Shown here: positions 54,701 to 64,000 of the stretch, piece after piece
Layout: every line of letters starts with the position of its first letter
How positions within the stretch are numbered: the stretch's first letter is position 1
Assembly: GCF_037042905.1 (NCBI RefSeq)
Contig: NC_087251.1
Coordinates: forward strand, 26,972,001 to 27,036,000
Length of the DNA: 64,000 nucleotides
Source: Lytechinus pictus
Lineage: Eukaryota
Direction of reading: 5' to 3'
Translations under genes and position numbers: made by a program
The notes under the pieces: generated by a model
The model's database searches: none
Told to the model about the DNA's origin: nothing
What the model saw: the letters and a program-made list of their open reading frames with translations, nothing else

Positions 54701-57700
54701 TTTTAATAGTGATTTTGTTAATTTTATGTCTGTTTATGTAGTTACTTCTGTTCAATTTTTTTCGTTTACATTTTCAGTGAGCAAGTATTGCATCACTTTG
54801 CCGATTGCATTTTCGTTCTGACTTGGAATTTTCACATTTCAAAAAGTGATTCTTTCTTAATGAGAGCTCATTTCATTTTCATATTTCTTAACAAAAGGGA
54901 AAAGTGTCTATTACGTTCATATTGAAATGCATATTATTTTGTGCTGTAACAATAGAAAATACCAAAGCCTTTAGTAGATTAAGAAGACGATTGCACAATT
55001 TTAATTTGGCTATACTTTAGTCTTTATTTTACCCTAGTAGTGTTAAGTAACAGCTTCATATTAATACTGTTTGCTGATTTTTCAATTTATCTTCAATTAT
55101 TCTGGCATGGGAAATGAAAATTATGAAATTGATGCAATGCTTACTTTTTATTCAATAATTGATGACAAACTCTTCTTAATGCTTTTCTTTCATTTTCTAA
55201 CCTTCACTCACCATAAGCACATTTTCACTGTACACATTTAATCAGCTAATGTATTTTCGCATGAGCTATTTGCATTTCCTCATTAGATGTACATGCATTT
55301 TTGTTCCAATTTCTCACCCTGTTTTGCATGATCTTCGCTTGCTTGTATCTTCCACGCTTTTCTCACATTCCCTGCCTACACTATTTGCTGTAACATGTGA
55401 TGTGTTTATTGTGCTTTCAACGTCTGTTATTGCTGTCTGCATGGATCAGTGCTCAATGGTAAGCAGAATGTGTAACGGTGATAACATGATTAATTTACTT
55501 CTCTCATGAAATGCTCACAACCTCGTGACAAGCAGATCTCCGAGGGAAAGATGACGGTAATTTCTGAAAAAAATATGATTATGAGATAGAAGCAAAGAAT
55601 GAAATGAAATCAAATTGTTTTCCTTGAATATCTTATTATCTTATGTAGGTTATGTAGATTTGAATCAGTGATAGGTCAATACACCATCACATGATCATAG
55701 CTGCAAGGATCGCATTTGTTATTTTGACGTCACCACAGTGAATGTAACTGCATTCAGTGCATTGTATTGTAAACTGCGGCGTTATATTCACTAAGGTGAC
55801 ATCACTCGCTGCTTATAAGTTGTGTAATCACATAATTTATTTGATGTACTTGTCGATCGCATTAAGCGCATGCTTATTTTATTTTTCCAAATTTTTTCTA
55901 CTATGACATAGATGGATCAGACTCTGATGTTGAATCTACATAGACTATATGATATAATAACAGATATTGCCTGGTCTAACTTTTTAACAAATAACATTTC
56001 AACATTTCAGCTATGTAATCCCTTGGAAAATTCTGTAGAGGAAATGAATTGTTATATTCAAATGCTAGGTAGGCAGTACCTGTATGTTCTTGTTTCCAAA
56101 GAATATTTTTCAAAGTGAAAATATAAGTAGGATGTTGAATGTAAAATTACTAATTCTCTTTCATTTTGTGCATGCTTACTGATTTTATAACCTGTTAAGA
56201 GGTCAACTCCACCCCAGATGAATGTAGATTTTAATCAATAGAAAAAAAATCAAACGAGCAAAACCCTGAAAATTTCTTCAAAGTCGGATGTAAATAAAGA
56301 TAGTTTTGAGGCTATTTCACAAAGCAGTTATATATGTATGCACAATTCAGTGACATACAAATGAGAGTAAATGACGTCCTTCACGCAATATTTATTTTTT
56401 ATTGATAGTTTGTATTATACCAAATTTCAATGAGTTCAGATTTTACAATATGGACCAACTGGACTGAACCATAAAAGGTTAAAACAATGGTAGTTCCACA
56501 TGTTCATGGTGGAATAAAGAAAAATTTACAGGACAATTAGCTACAAATTAGAATATTTCATGTAATAAACTATAAAATAAATAGTGAGTGGGTGACATCA
56601 TCAGTCCCCACATTTGCATACCGATCAGGATGTGCATATAATTGTTTTGTGAAAATAAGCAAAGCTTAATAATGTCAAACTTTCTTATATTACATCTGAT
56701 TTTGATGAAATTTTCAGTGTTGTGATATTTAATTTTATTTTTTTTAAATTCAAATCAACTTTTTTTTGTTGGGGTGGAGTTGTCCATGACCATGCAATAA
56801 CAAAAATAGTCAACATTTTGGCAATTTTTCTTTCATGAGGAATTGATTACTTCAATTATACTCTGATTAGTAAATGTTTAAAGATAACATAACATTATTT
56901 CCCTTTCTTATACAGGATGCAAGTATTCTTACTCAGTGTTGCATGATAGATAAGCATGCTCTGTTAATTATTTCATTTTTATTGGAATATATTTATCCCT
57001 TTAGTAGTGCAAGTTTATTAGAAAAAGATTTAGGTACTTGTTATATGTGTATCAATTTATTTATGTAGGCAGCTATTGATTGTTTTATTTATTTCATTTC
57101 TATATCTATTTCTAGAGCTTCAGGGCGGTGGATTCAGCCTGGAATCTTGCAAGAGTATGGTTGCTCTTACCGATGTATCCTTTTTGGACTGTTTTTATTG
57201 AAGGAAAAATTCTCCCATTTAGTAATTTAATCTAGATTTATTGGTGATGGTGGTGATTGGTGGGGATTTTTTACCTGATTGCTAAGAAAGCATGAATGCT
57301 TGTAAGCAAGCAACCAGAGGACCGACGGCTTAAGGTCCTCTCCGAAGGACCTGGTAATGAGGATTAATGCCTTACCAAAGGGCACTAGCGCACCAAGTGG
57401 GAATCAAACCCGGGTCACCGGAATATGAATCCCCCGCTCTACCGACTGAGCTATCGCGCCTTATTGCTTAACATTCCATAAGTGTAATGTAAAAAGAAAA
57501 AAAAATAGGGTTGTATGAAAATAGTTTGAATACTATGATACAACATGTACACCATTAAAGTATTAGGGAACTTCCCCAATATCTTTACATAGATGTTTCA
57601 TTTTCTAGAAAAATAATATAATAGAATAGAAAGAATAGAAAAGAATAGAAAAGAATAGAATAGAATAGAAAAGAATATAATAGAATAGAATAGAAAAGAA

Positions 57701-60700
57701 TAAAATATGCCAATATTTTTGCATAGAGCATTATGTAGAAATCCATCCCATTATATTCTCTGCATATTATACATTACAGTCCCGTCCCGTATGATGATCG
57801 TTTTTTTTTTTGGAAAAAAATATTTTCCTTAGCGATTCTTTCACAGGATGATCGATCTGGCAAACTTGGATTTGAAGAGTTCAGGGAACTTTGGCAGAGC
57901 ATCAGTGCTTGGAAGGTATGTATACCGATTTAACGGGGAAGATCACCCTGACAAAAAGTTCATTCTAAAAATAGCAGAAAAAATAAATGAAAATATTGCT
58001 GAAGGTTTTAGGAAAATCTTTCAAAGATTTAAAAAGTTATTAGAATGGTAAGTTTTTGTATTTGTGACATTATATGTGAGCCACTTTCCCATTTATTGTG
58101 AAGTAAAAAAAAAAATCAGTGAAGTATCATTCTATCAAAAAGTTAAAAATAGTTTTTTTTATACCTTTATTATTACAATGTTTACACGCTGCATCGGCTC
58201 GCGGTTCAGAACCGCGAACCGATGCAGAATCGGCTTTTTGGTTGCGTGTAAACGCGATTAACTTGCATCGGCTCTCGGTGCAGAATTTAGCACCACCAAA
58301 GTAGTAGGTTCAGAACCGCGAGCCGATGCAGAATCTGCTTTTTTCTGTGTGTAAACAGAAAGCCGATTCTGCATCGGCAATTGACGCACAATTATTTACT
58401 TTACCATTATGACGTACTTGAATTAAAGCGCACGGAGCCAGCGTTATCTTTATTATGACGTATTTTGTTGGAACGCGGATCATTTTAGGTTTTTGCAACG
58501 CGATCCGATTCTGCACCGCGAGCTGTGACAGCATGTAAACGTGGTGCAAGATAAACCAAAAGCCGATTCTGCATCGGCTTTTGGTTCTGAACCAAAAGCC
58601 GATGCACGTGTATACACGGTATTTATCAAGAGACAAATCATTCCACAGTTGTACCACCACCTCCACCATTACCTAGATGACCACGGATGAACTACCACCA
58701 CTACCACTCCAGTTTTGCTTGTCAAAATTGTGATCTTTTCAGTGTCCCTTCAATGTCTCAGTCCAGAAGACATCATACAATTCCTTTATAAAGTTCAAGA
58801 CAAATACCATTACCGATATTAGCATCTGAGAGGAATTACTGAAGGCACACAATCAATGTCTCAAGACATTTTAAAAATATTTTTTGTGCTATACTTTGTA
58901 TTATACACTACAAGTCAGTCATCTTGGATTCACTATTACATGTTAGAATCAGAGAACAATAGATTCAGTGGACTGAATCTATTCTCTGTATTGCAGTAAT
59001 ATATTCTTTCTATATTTTAATCAAATGTTTGTGCTATTTTCTATATATTCAGGGTGTTTTTAAGAAGTATGATACTGACAACTCTGGAACATTCAATGGA
59101 TATGAATTGAGGAGTGCACTCACATCGCTTGGTAAGATAATTGTGATGATAAATGTGATAACAAGTACATTTTATTAAATAAATTTTGCTGGATGTGTGT
59201 ACAAGTTTTTTTCAAAAATGTTTATGATCCCACCATATTTCCATTGTAATTTTTTTTCGCATTTTCTTGATTGTGTTGTTTGTTATGCTTTGTATATTTA
59301 CATGTTTATAATGAGAATGTGGTCAATAAATTCAATTCAGTTTTACATGAAAATGTATTTGAATCAGGTGCCAAATCAAAATGAAATATCTTGGTATTAT
59401 ATTCATTCTTAAACCACTTCCCCAACATAAAACAGGCTGAAAATACATAGCTTTCTGATATCCAATCAGAAAATAATTTGTAAGATAAATGCTCAAAAAG
59501 GCTATTTTGATAGGAAAATATACATTACCAGTAGGGCTAGGTAGATACCCAAAATAAAAAAATAAAAAACTTTCATGAAAGATTTGGATTTGAGTGAAAG
59601 AAAATAGGGGACAAAATAATGAAAAAAACACCATGCAGTAGGGAAAATCAAACAATCAACAGTGACTGGCATCATCAACATTGAAATGTGATAACCAAAG
59701 TTAAGTTTCGAAATATCATAATTACTATGTTGATCTATTTCATAATACTTGGACATATTGGTATTCAAATATCACTGATCATCATATGTGAGGACACATA
59801 ATTAAGGTCAAAGCTCATTTCAGGTCTATGACCTTGTTATGTTATGTTATCAACATTAAAAAACATACAAACATCCAAAATTGATTTTTATTTCAAAGAT
59901 CTTTATTTCTAACCCTAAAAGGAGTGGGGTTATTCAGATGTATCAATGATGGGGTTGAGGGGCATGATGCCCCCCCCCCTTTCATATCTTTGGATGCCGT
60001 TTGTGCTATCGTGCGGAAATTTGGTACACATATTCTTTGCAACATAAGCTACAAGCCAATAGTAAAAGAAAACTCCTAAAATAACTATTTTCTATATATT
60101 ATGAACAAAATATGCAAATTTATTCATCAAGAAAACACTATTTAACACCCAATTACACTTAAGATTTTATTTTTTCCAGGTATCATCTTTGTAATCTTAT
60201 TTAAAGGTTTTCACAAAGAAAAATATATATTTTTTTTTTCAGTAGAAATTATTACAGACCATTTTACAACCAAATTTAACCTTAAATTATATTAAGCAGA
60301 CCAATAGAATAAAAAAAACATTTACCCTTTTCTGAATTTATCTTCCATTGACAAAGAGTTTTTTCAGTATGGCATTGTCTCGTAAAAAGTTATAACAGTT
60401 ATGTGGTTCTGTGTCGCTATCTCATGTTGCGAATTTGGTCTCAAAAGTTCTGCGAGACTTTAATTGAAACAGTCGTAAAATTTTGCTGCTCAATCTTTGT
60501 TCTGGATCAGGAAGGGTCATAATGCCCCCAGTCCTTTTAGGGTTTAGATTTTTATGTTTCATTTTAAGTATTGCTTTAAAATGTTATGTTTTTAACAAGT
60601 TTATTCTAGATGTAATAAGGCCATATGGGGCATTGGCAAGTACTTGGGATTCATATTCGTTCACTAGGACAAGTTCAAATGTCATTTAGATCTATTAACT

Positions 60701-63323
60701 TTGATAAAAATGTATTCAATTTTTTGTTTGATAAAATTATTGGATGATATGGAATGAATGTGTTTTCAGGTCAAGGTCAAAGTTTATATAAGTTTTTATC
60801 ATAAAAATGATGACTTTTATGATGTAATGACAATGTAACATGTTAGAGATAAAGGTGAAGATACTGAGAATGATGTCTTGTTATATCTTTATTAATTACA
60901 CTTTTTTTCCTTGCAGGATTCAAACTGAGCAACGAAACTTTCAGTGCTCTGATTTTGCGTTATGCTGATAAGAGGGGTATGATTACATTTGACTCCTTCA
61001 TCGGTGCTGCCATCAAGCTCAAGTATATGTTCAGTGAGTAAAAACGGCTCTTCCCCCTCAAAAGTTTGAACACGAGATCTGATCTTGAGATTTAATCTTG
61101 GAAGGATTGTGAGATGTTTGTTGTAAGAAATAGATTGAACTGTATGATTTTTGAATAACCAAAATAATTAGAAATTTGTTCTATTTTGGTAAGTCACATG
61201 CACGCACACACACACCCTCACATATGTGTGTATATTCTACCCAATATGAAAACTCAAAGTAGCGGGTTTTGAAAATAAGCATTATTGTGCTTCATACCGG
61301 CCTGAATTTATGTGACATTGTACTTTGTCAGGAGGGTTGTGATTACATAGGTTTGTCAGAGCCTTTTTTAGTTGGATGTGCAAATACAAATAATGAATAG
61401 CTTTAGAACAATGTCAAAATCTCGCAATTAAAGATAATATAAATCTTGGCCAATCAAAGAATGAAAGCTGATCTAAGAGGTGCCATTTAATCCATTATTC
61501 TGAATATGCTTTTCTTGGCCTGTACTGCACTAAAGTGGTATCACACAATGATGTTGTTCTGATTATTAAGGGGGTATCCAGGCTTGAAAAATGTAGATTG
61601 AGATTGAGGAAAAAATTATAACATTGAAAGTATGATGATTATCTTTCAATTAAGATAAATGCATTTTGGGGAATTAGTCAATGGCCTGATCATAGTTGAC
61701 ATATCAATTTGAGTGTCATCAAAGTGCAATGTCAATATGACATTAATGTGATTGCCTAGTTTTGCTCATACACGTAATCAATGCTCATGCCAGACTGTAC
61801 AAAAAGTAGGCAACATCTACCTAAAATACGTTATGCTGATATTGTCCGACAAAGATAAGCCTGAATAATGGCATAGGACCAACTGCAGCTGAACCAGGAG
61901 AAAGAAAGGTTGTCAAGAGAACTCTTTTGGAATTTGAGGAAGATGTTTTCCTGCTACATAAGGAAAGTAGTTTCAGCATTCGTTAATGACTTTTTCGTTA
62001 TTTTATCTCCTTCATTCTTCTTCATATTAGCATCCTATTCAAGCTCTCGTGGCAATTTTGGATTAGATGATGTAAGTATTCAAGTTAAATTGTGATACTC
62101 ACACCTAAAATGATGATTTAGTCGGCAATTTGATTATTTTTTATTATTTCAGCTGTGTTGAAAAGGCAGAATCTTTATCTTTAAAATAATATATGCATCC
62201 CAGTGGATGTTTCATATAGCTGTTTGGAAGGTTCGGGTGTCTTTGTGTGTGACTGGTTACCCTTTCTTGTGATGTACTATGTGGTAAATCCCTATGGCCC
62301 GAATTCGCAAATGTGGTTTGAAGACCCACGGTTGAGTCCATGGCTTATGCAGATTTCCTGTATAAATTACGCTTAATTTAGCTCGTATCAGGCGCGTGTA
62401 TAAAAAAATGTCCAATGCTGATGCACGCTTTTGTCACAGTGTGCCAAATTGATGCCTGTTACCATGGTTAGATATGCTATTTTATTCATTAGTCCACTGT
62501 TTGAAGAGTGGACTCATTAATTCATATCAGTGGACTCAGTGAATCAGTGAATAAAATAGCGTATCTAACCATGGTAACAGGTGTCAATTTGGCACACTGT
62601 GACAAAAGCGCGCATCAGCATTGGAATTTTTTAATATACGCGGTAAAATAAGCGTATTTTATACAGGAAATCTTTCAAAACCATCTTTGTGAATTCGAGC
62701 CTATGTTACTGACTTAGCATCTTTAAGATCATATACCAAGCGTGCATAAAGTTGTGCATAACTTTACATACAGCTTTACGAAACACCCTCCTGGACCCTG
62801 TTTCATAAAAGTTACCATTATGGTAACTTTACCATCCAATGGTAACTACCCTAAAATCCTTGATTCTGAATGGCTGATTAGCATTAATTGCTACCATGTA
62901 AGTTACCATTGGATGGCAAAGTTATTAAAAGAGTAACTTTTCTGCTATGGGCCCTGTGTTCACAGCATGGTTCCATCATTGACTTTATGAAGATGCAGTT
63001 TTCAAAATGTTTGAATTCAATAACTTGACGATAATTTCACCCTGGTCACTAATTGTACGTAATTTACAAACATCTTTATAAAACATCTGTATAATTTTTT
63101 TGTTTTGCATAATGGAGGGAGGTGACGTTGAATTATGCAGGGTTGACTGTAAAAACGAATAATGAAAATGATGAGTCATTTTTTAAAATAAATATATTAC
63201 AAAATAAATGCTTCTCTTTGTGCTATAATACACAATAACATTATACATGCATTGTCATCTAATCTAATTAAGATTCTTTAAATTATTTCATTTCAGTTCC
63301 TGATGTTGAGTCTCTATTCTTAG
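27659..63323 (+). CDS. Classical calpain large subunit (calpain-B / CAPN1/2/9-like), multi-exon, 5'-incomplete; join(27659-27728,31108-31351,33142-33394,34679-34767,35790-35867,37078-37238,37867-38063,40754-40971,42089-42131,50241-50309,50912-50969,57116-57174,57847-57915,59053-59131,60917-61033,62031-62071,63297-63323)
   Basis: Manual splicing at AG/GT sites gives a continuous 623-aa frame with [12 protein letters not shown] (catalytic Cys), GHAYTI (His), IRNPWG (Asn), C2L motifs [14 protein letters not shown] and EF-hand loops. Exact orthologue cannot be assigned without a phylogeny. Confidence 0.95.
27952..28559. mobile_element. piggyBac-like non-autonomous element (TTAA TSD, CCC...GGG ends)
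   Basis: ttaa|CCCTAACTAGGCCGGG ... CCCGGCCTGTTTAGGG|ttaa; degenerate relative at about 59910-60546. Confidence 0.87.
28795..30477 (-). mobile_element. Helentron-associated non-autonomous element (HINE/DINE-1-like)
   Basis: Minus strand: TAGGTGGTCTGTC plus nearby inverted copy, simple repeat, 3' GACAGACCACCTA, hairpin ATTCGTC-cgcat-GACGAAT, CTAG end; inserted in a T-run without TSD. Confidence 0.75.
29115..29185 (-). other. tRNA-derived Pol III promoter cassette (tRNA-like, not a functional tRNA)
   Basis: A box TGGCTCAATGG, B box GGTTCGAGTCC, T-run immediately downstream; acceptor and anticodon stems do not pair well. Confidence 0.65.
31108..31351 (+). CDS. Calpain exon (244 nt) with catalytic Cys: GDCWFLAA...DDRLPT...[13 protein letters not shown]
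   Basis: gaacag|GTGACTGT ... GCCAA|gtgagt; Cys codon TGT at 31113-31115. Confidence 0.97.
31666..32180. mobile_element. MITE with about 30-bp TIR (GCCACTTaCATTGACAAGTGGATACCAT) and C/G-run ends
   Basis: Inverted termini; TGACTG repeated on both flanks. Confidence 0.8.
33142..33394 (+). CDS. Calpain exon (253 nt) with catalytic His: [11 protein letters not shown]...EDFTGG...[11 protein letters not shown]
   Basis: ccgcag|GCTC ... AAG|gtaaat; His codon CAT at 33365-33367. Confidence 0.97.
33478..33860 (+). mobile_element. Non-autonomous element fragment with CAGGGTTCCC start and many (A)ATCAGGGAA subterminal repeats
   Basis: Direct reading; right terminus not clear. Confidence 0.55.
34679..34767 (+). 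CDS. Calpain exon (89 nt) with catalytic Asn: [29 protein letters not shown](G)
   Basis: ttttaag|GCA ... GATGG|gtaagt; Asn codon AAC at 34724-34726. Confidence 0.96.
35790..35867 (+). CDS. Calpain exon (78 nt): [25 protein letters not shown](W)
   Basis: tctag|ATCT ... TTCTG|gtgagt; DGEFW motif. Confidence 0.94.
37078..37238 (+). CDS. Calpain exon (161 nt), CysPc end / C2L start: [18 protein letters not shown]...TAGGCRNFP
   Basis: gttcag|GATG ... CCCG|gtgagt. Confidence 0.96.
37258..37550 (+). mobile_element. tRNA-derived SINE
   Basis: GCCGTGGTGTAG A-box-like, GTTTGAATC B-box-like, CACTCTCGACCCAGGTG core. Confidence 0.75.
37867..38063 (+). CDS. Calpain C2-like domain exon (197 nt) with acidic loop: TFWINPQ...EEEDDEDD...LVALMQK...GFSIYQ
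   Basis: tgtcag|ACACG ... CAG|gtgatt. Confidence 0.96.
38177..38356. mobile_element. ~175-bp palindromic MITE
   Basis: GTTTCATAAAGCTGTTCGTAAG ... CTTACGAACAGCTTTATGAAAC. Confidence 0.87.
39810..40414. mobile_element. Kolobok-like MITE (TTAA TSD)
   Basis: ttaa|AGGccAAgTCCACCCCA ... TGGGGTGGAATTtaCCT|ttaa. Confidence 0.85.
40754..40971 (+). CDS. Calpain C2-like domain exon (218 nt): ...[39 protein letters not shown]...
   Basis: ttgtag|GTT ... GGAGT|gtaagt. Confidence 0.96.
42089..42131 (+). CDS. Calpain linker exon (43 nt, phase 2-0): [14 protein letters not shown]
   Basis: Strong polypyrimidine tract, taatag|GACC ... CAG|gtaata; needed to reconcile phase 2 of the upstream exon with phase 0 of the downstream exon. 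Confidence 0.85.
42955..43117. mobile_element. Palindromic MITE, 3-bp TSD AAT
   Basis: ACCTCGGTCACATTTGCTCTA ... TAGAGCAAATGTGACCGAGGT. Confidence 0.88.
44329..44412 (+). CDS. Putative alternative cassette exon (84 nt, phase 0-0): [28 protein letters not shown]
   Basis: aaaaag|GTA ... AAGCAG|gtgaga; frame-preserving, stop-free, GC-richer than flanks; acceptor is A-rich (weak). Confidence 0.65.
44795..45013 (+). CDS. Putative alternative Ser/Tyr/Thr-rich exon: internal cassette 44795-44965 (171 nt, donor AGG|gtaggc) or terminal exon reading to TGA at 45011-45013
   Basis: tttattcag|CCA in phase 0; [57 protein letters not shown]([15 protein letters not shown]); coding-like composition. Confidence 0.62.
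   Translation, partial: PSYFQSYAQPCFSPSLSPSGYSSSYSTTSYSTTGYAHSPTGYVHSPAWDQTSYDFTRVGYPRGFDQSVGLIA
46545..46756. mobile_element. Palindromic MITE
   Basis: GGGGGTGTTTCACAAAGATTT ... AAATCTTTGTGAAACACCCCC. Confidence 0.87.
50241..50309 (+). CDS. Calpain exon (69 nt), start of PEF domain: [23 protein letters not shown]
   Basis: cttgtag|CCA ... GAT|gtaagt. Confidence 0.92.
50912..50969 (+). CDS. Calpain EF1 exon (58 nt): [19 protein letters not shown]
   Basis: tgacag|GAT ... CGAG|gtgagt. Confidence 0.94.
51810..52111. mobile_element. PIF/Harbinger-like MITE, 3-bp TSD CTT
   Basis: ctt|GGCCCGTATTCTGAAGTC ... GACTTCAGAATACGGGCC|ctt. Confidence 0.87.
53678..53680 (+). CDS. Candidate 3-nt microexon (AAG; adds Glu)
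   Basis: ttgacag|AAG|gttagt; upstream pyrimidine tract, TGCATG (53646) and TGC (53660). Confidence 0.3.
55450..55458 (+). CDS. Candidate 9-nt microexon (TGCTCAATG; adds V-L-N)
   Basis: gatcag|TGCTCAATG|gtaagc; phase 1-1; long upstream pyrimidine-rich tract with TGC/TGCATG motifs. Confidence 0.65.
55536..55556 (+). CDS. Candidate 21-nt microexon (adds DLRGKDD)
   Basis: agcag|ATCTCCGAGGGAAAGATGACG|gtaatt; phase 1-1, stop-free, purine-rich. Confidence 0.55.
56195..56785. mobile_element. Kolobok-like MITE
   Basis: CAACTCCACCCCA ... TGGGGTGGAGTTG; homologous to 39810-40414. Confidence 0.8.
57116..57174 (+). CDS. Calpain exon (59 nt): [20 protein letters not shown]
   Basis: ttctag|AGCTT ... GAT|gtatcctt (U12 donor). 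Confidence 0.93.
57265..57460 (-). mobile_element. tRNA-derived SINE inside the U12 intron
   Basis: Minus strand GGCGCGATAGCTCAGTCGGTAGAGC...GGTTTGATTCCC head, GTCCTTCGGAGAGGAC core, A-tail. Confidence 0.82.
57620..57702. repeat. (AATAG/AAAAG)n microsatellite
   Basis: Direct reading. Confidence 0.9.
57847..57915 (+). CDS. Calpain EF2 exon (69 nt): [23 protein letters not shown]
   Basis: tcacag|GAT ... AAG|gtatgt; canonical EF loop. Confidence 0.96.
58175..58620. mobile_element. Palindromic MITE with repeated AGCCGATTCTGCATCGGCT units, adjoining a Kolobok-like MITE fragment (57930-58170)
   Basis: TGTTTACACG.TGCATCGGCT ... AGCCGATGCACGTGTATACA; ATT on both flanks. Confidence 0.8.
59053..59131 (+). 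CDS. Calpain EF3 exon (79 nt): [26 protein letters not shown](G)
   Basis: attcag|GGT ... CTTG|gtaaga; canonical EF loop. Confidence 0.96.
60917..61033 (+). CDS. Calpain EF4 exon (117 nt): [38 protein letters not shown]
   Basis: ttgcag|GATTC ... TTCA|gtgagt. Confidence 0.95.
62031..62071 (+). CDS. Calpain EF5 exon (41 nt): [14 protein letters not shown]
   Basis: Pyrimidine tract, attag|CATCC ... GAT|gtaagt; phase 1-0 fits both neighbours. Confidence 0.82.
62296..62701. mobile_element. Palindromic MITE (TSD TAT) nested in a ~175-bp MITE (62199-62794)
   Basis: tat|GGCCCGAATTCgCAAA ... TTTGtGAATTCGaGCC|tat; host arms GTTTCAT.TAGCTGT / ACAGCTTTAcGAAAC. Confidence 0.85.
63297..63323 (+). CDS. 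Calpain last coding exon: FLMLSLYS*; 3' UTR follows
   Basis: tttcag|TTC...TAG; C-terminus resembles calpain ...LTMYS ends. Confidence 0.88.
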   Translation, partial: FLMLSLYS

Positions 63324-64000
63324 ACCAGATGTGGATTAGGAGGAGTGAGCTTGGATGGAGACAAATTGTTATCAGGGTCAAAGGTTATCATGGTCATTAC
63401 AGACCAAGTCATGTCTCTCACACATTGGGGATCATACATTGTATTTTATAAAATTCAAAAGGAAACACTTTATATCGATAGCAAAGCCAATGTTTTTCAT
63501 TTGTAATATGATTATATTGATTATAATGCAATTAATTATTATGTCACAGAAAGGAGTGTAGCTCATCTAATAGAAAATGAATAGACATAGAATTTGTCTA
63601 GTTATCACAAAAATTTCTAAAAATGTATTTATGTGTCTTATCACCTACATGTGTAGGTGATCTAACTGGTGTTATACCATTGAACTTCAGTAATTTGATA
63701 TTGAACTTATTAGGGGCCAGATAATTACCATGGCAAATCCAATCTCGATATTTTTTGTCCAAGTGACTAATAACATTTTGTGTATGTAATACTTGCAGTT
63801 TTAGTTGTTTTTTTCTACTCTATGATATAGTTTGAAATAGAAGTCAAAGAAGCTTTTCTATCCTTAGTTTGTGTGATAAATATGTATGTTTTGTTGCTTG
63901 AAATCATGTTCAAAAGAATGATCAAGTTAATGTTTGATTAATTTTGCTTAGGTAGAATTGTGAATATCACATTATCTTTACTGCACTCTTATAGCCAGCC

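Larger units (their letters stand above)
57175..57846 (+). other. U12-type (minor spliceosome) GT-AG intron
   Basis: 5' site GTATCCTTT; branch-site-like TTTTCCTTAGC at 57823-57833, about 13 nt before the 3' end; no long polypyrimidine tract. Confidence 0.9.

Noticed and set aside
54778..54780. ttttcag|TGA|gcaagt as a 3-nt microexon with a GC donor
   Set aside because: Good acceptor and frame-compatible, but a GC donor with A at -1 is too weak to call without reads.
56011..56068. 58-nt phase 0-1 segment, same size as the EF1 exon (possible mutually exclusive exon)
   Set aside because: Peptide [19 protein letters not shown] shows no convincing EF1 similarity; likely coincidence.
56916..56918. 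cag|GAT|gcaagt as a 3-nt microexon with a GC donor
   Set aside because: Joining to the next exon gives T+AG = TAG stop, and the GC donor lacks the usual exonic AG.
57390..57460. Possible tRNA gene on the minus strand
   Set aside because: No proper cloverleaf, and it continues into a SINE core and tail; it is a SINE head.
58175..58620. Repeated palindromes resembling a CRISPR array
   Set aside because: Eukaryotic intron, irregular spacing, no unique spacers and overall inverted symmetry: a MITE.

Overview
AT-rich, intron-rich eukaryotic DNA. The repeat landscape suggests an invertebrate deuterostome such as a sea urchin (inference). Most of the window is one + strand gene for a classical calpain (CysPc protease core, C2-like domain, penta-EF-hand). 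I assembled 17 constitutive coding exons from 27659 to the stop at 63323: 1872 nt, 623 codons plus stop, with every splice phase consistent and the Cys/His/Asn triad intact. The N-terminal coding exon was not found, so 1-27658 is probably one very large intron. Most notable: (1) tandem frame-preserving microexon candidates (9 nt, 21 nt, possibly 3 nt) with UGC/UGCAUG motifs in the EF1-EF2 loop; (2) two low-complexity phase-0 cassette exons in the C2L-PEF linker, one of which can instead read through to a stop and give an EF-hand-less calpain; (3) a U12-type GT-AG intron; (4) a shortened, degenerate EF5. Introns are dense in non-autonomous mobile elements (TTAA-flanked Kolobok-like and piggyBac-like MITEs, 3-bp-TSD MITEs, tRNA-derived SINEs). 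One Helentron-like element carries a tRNA-like Pol III cassette and is nested in a MITE. Nearly all short ORFs in the supplied track are spurious.
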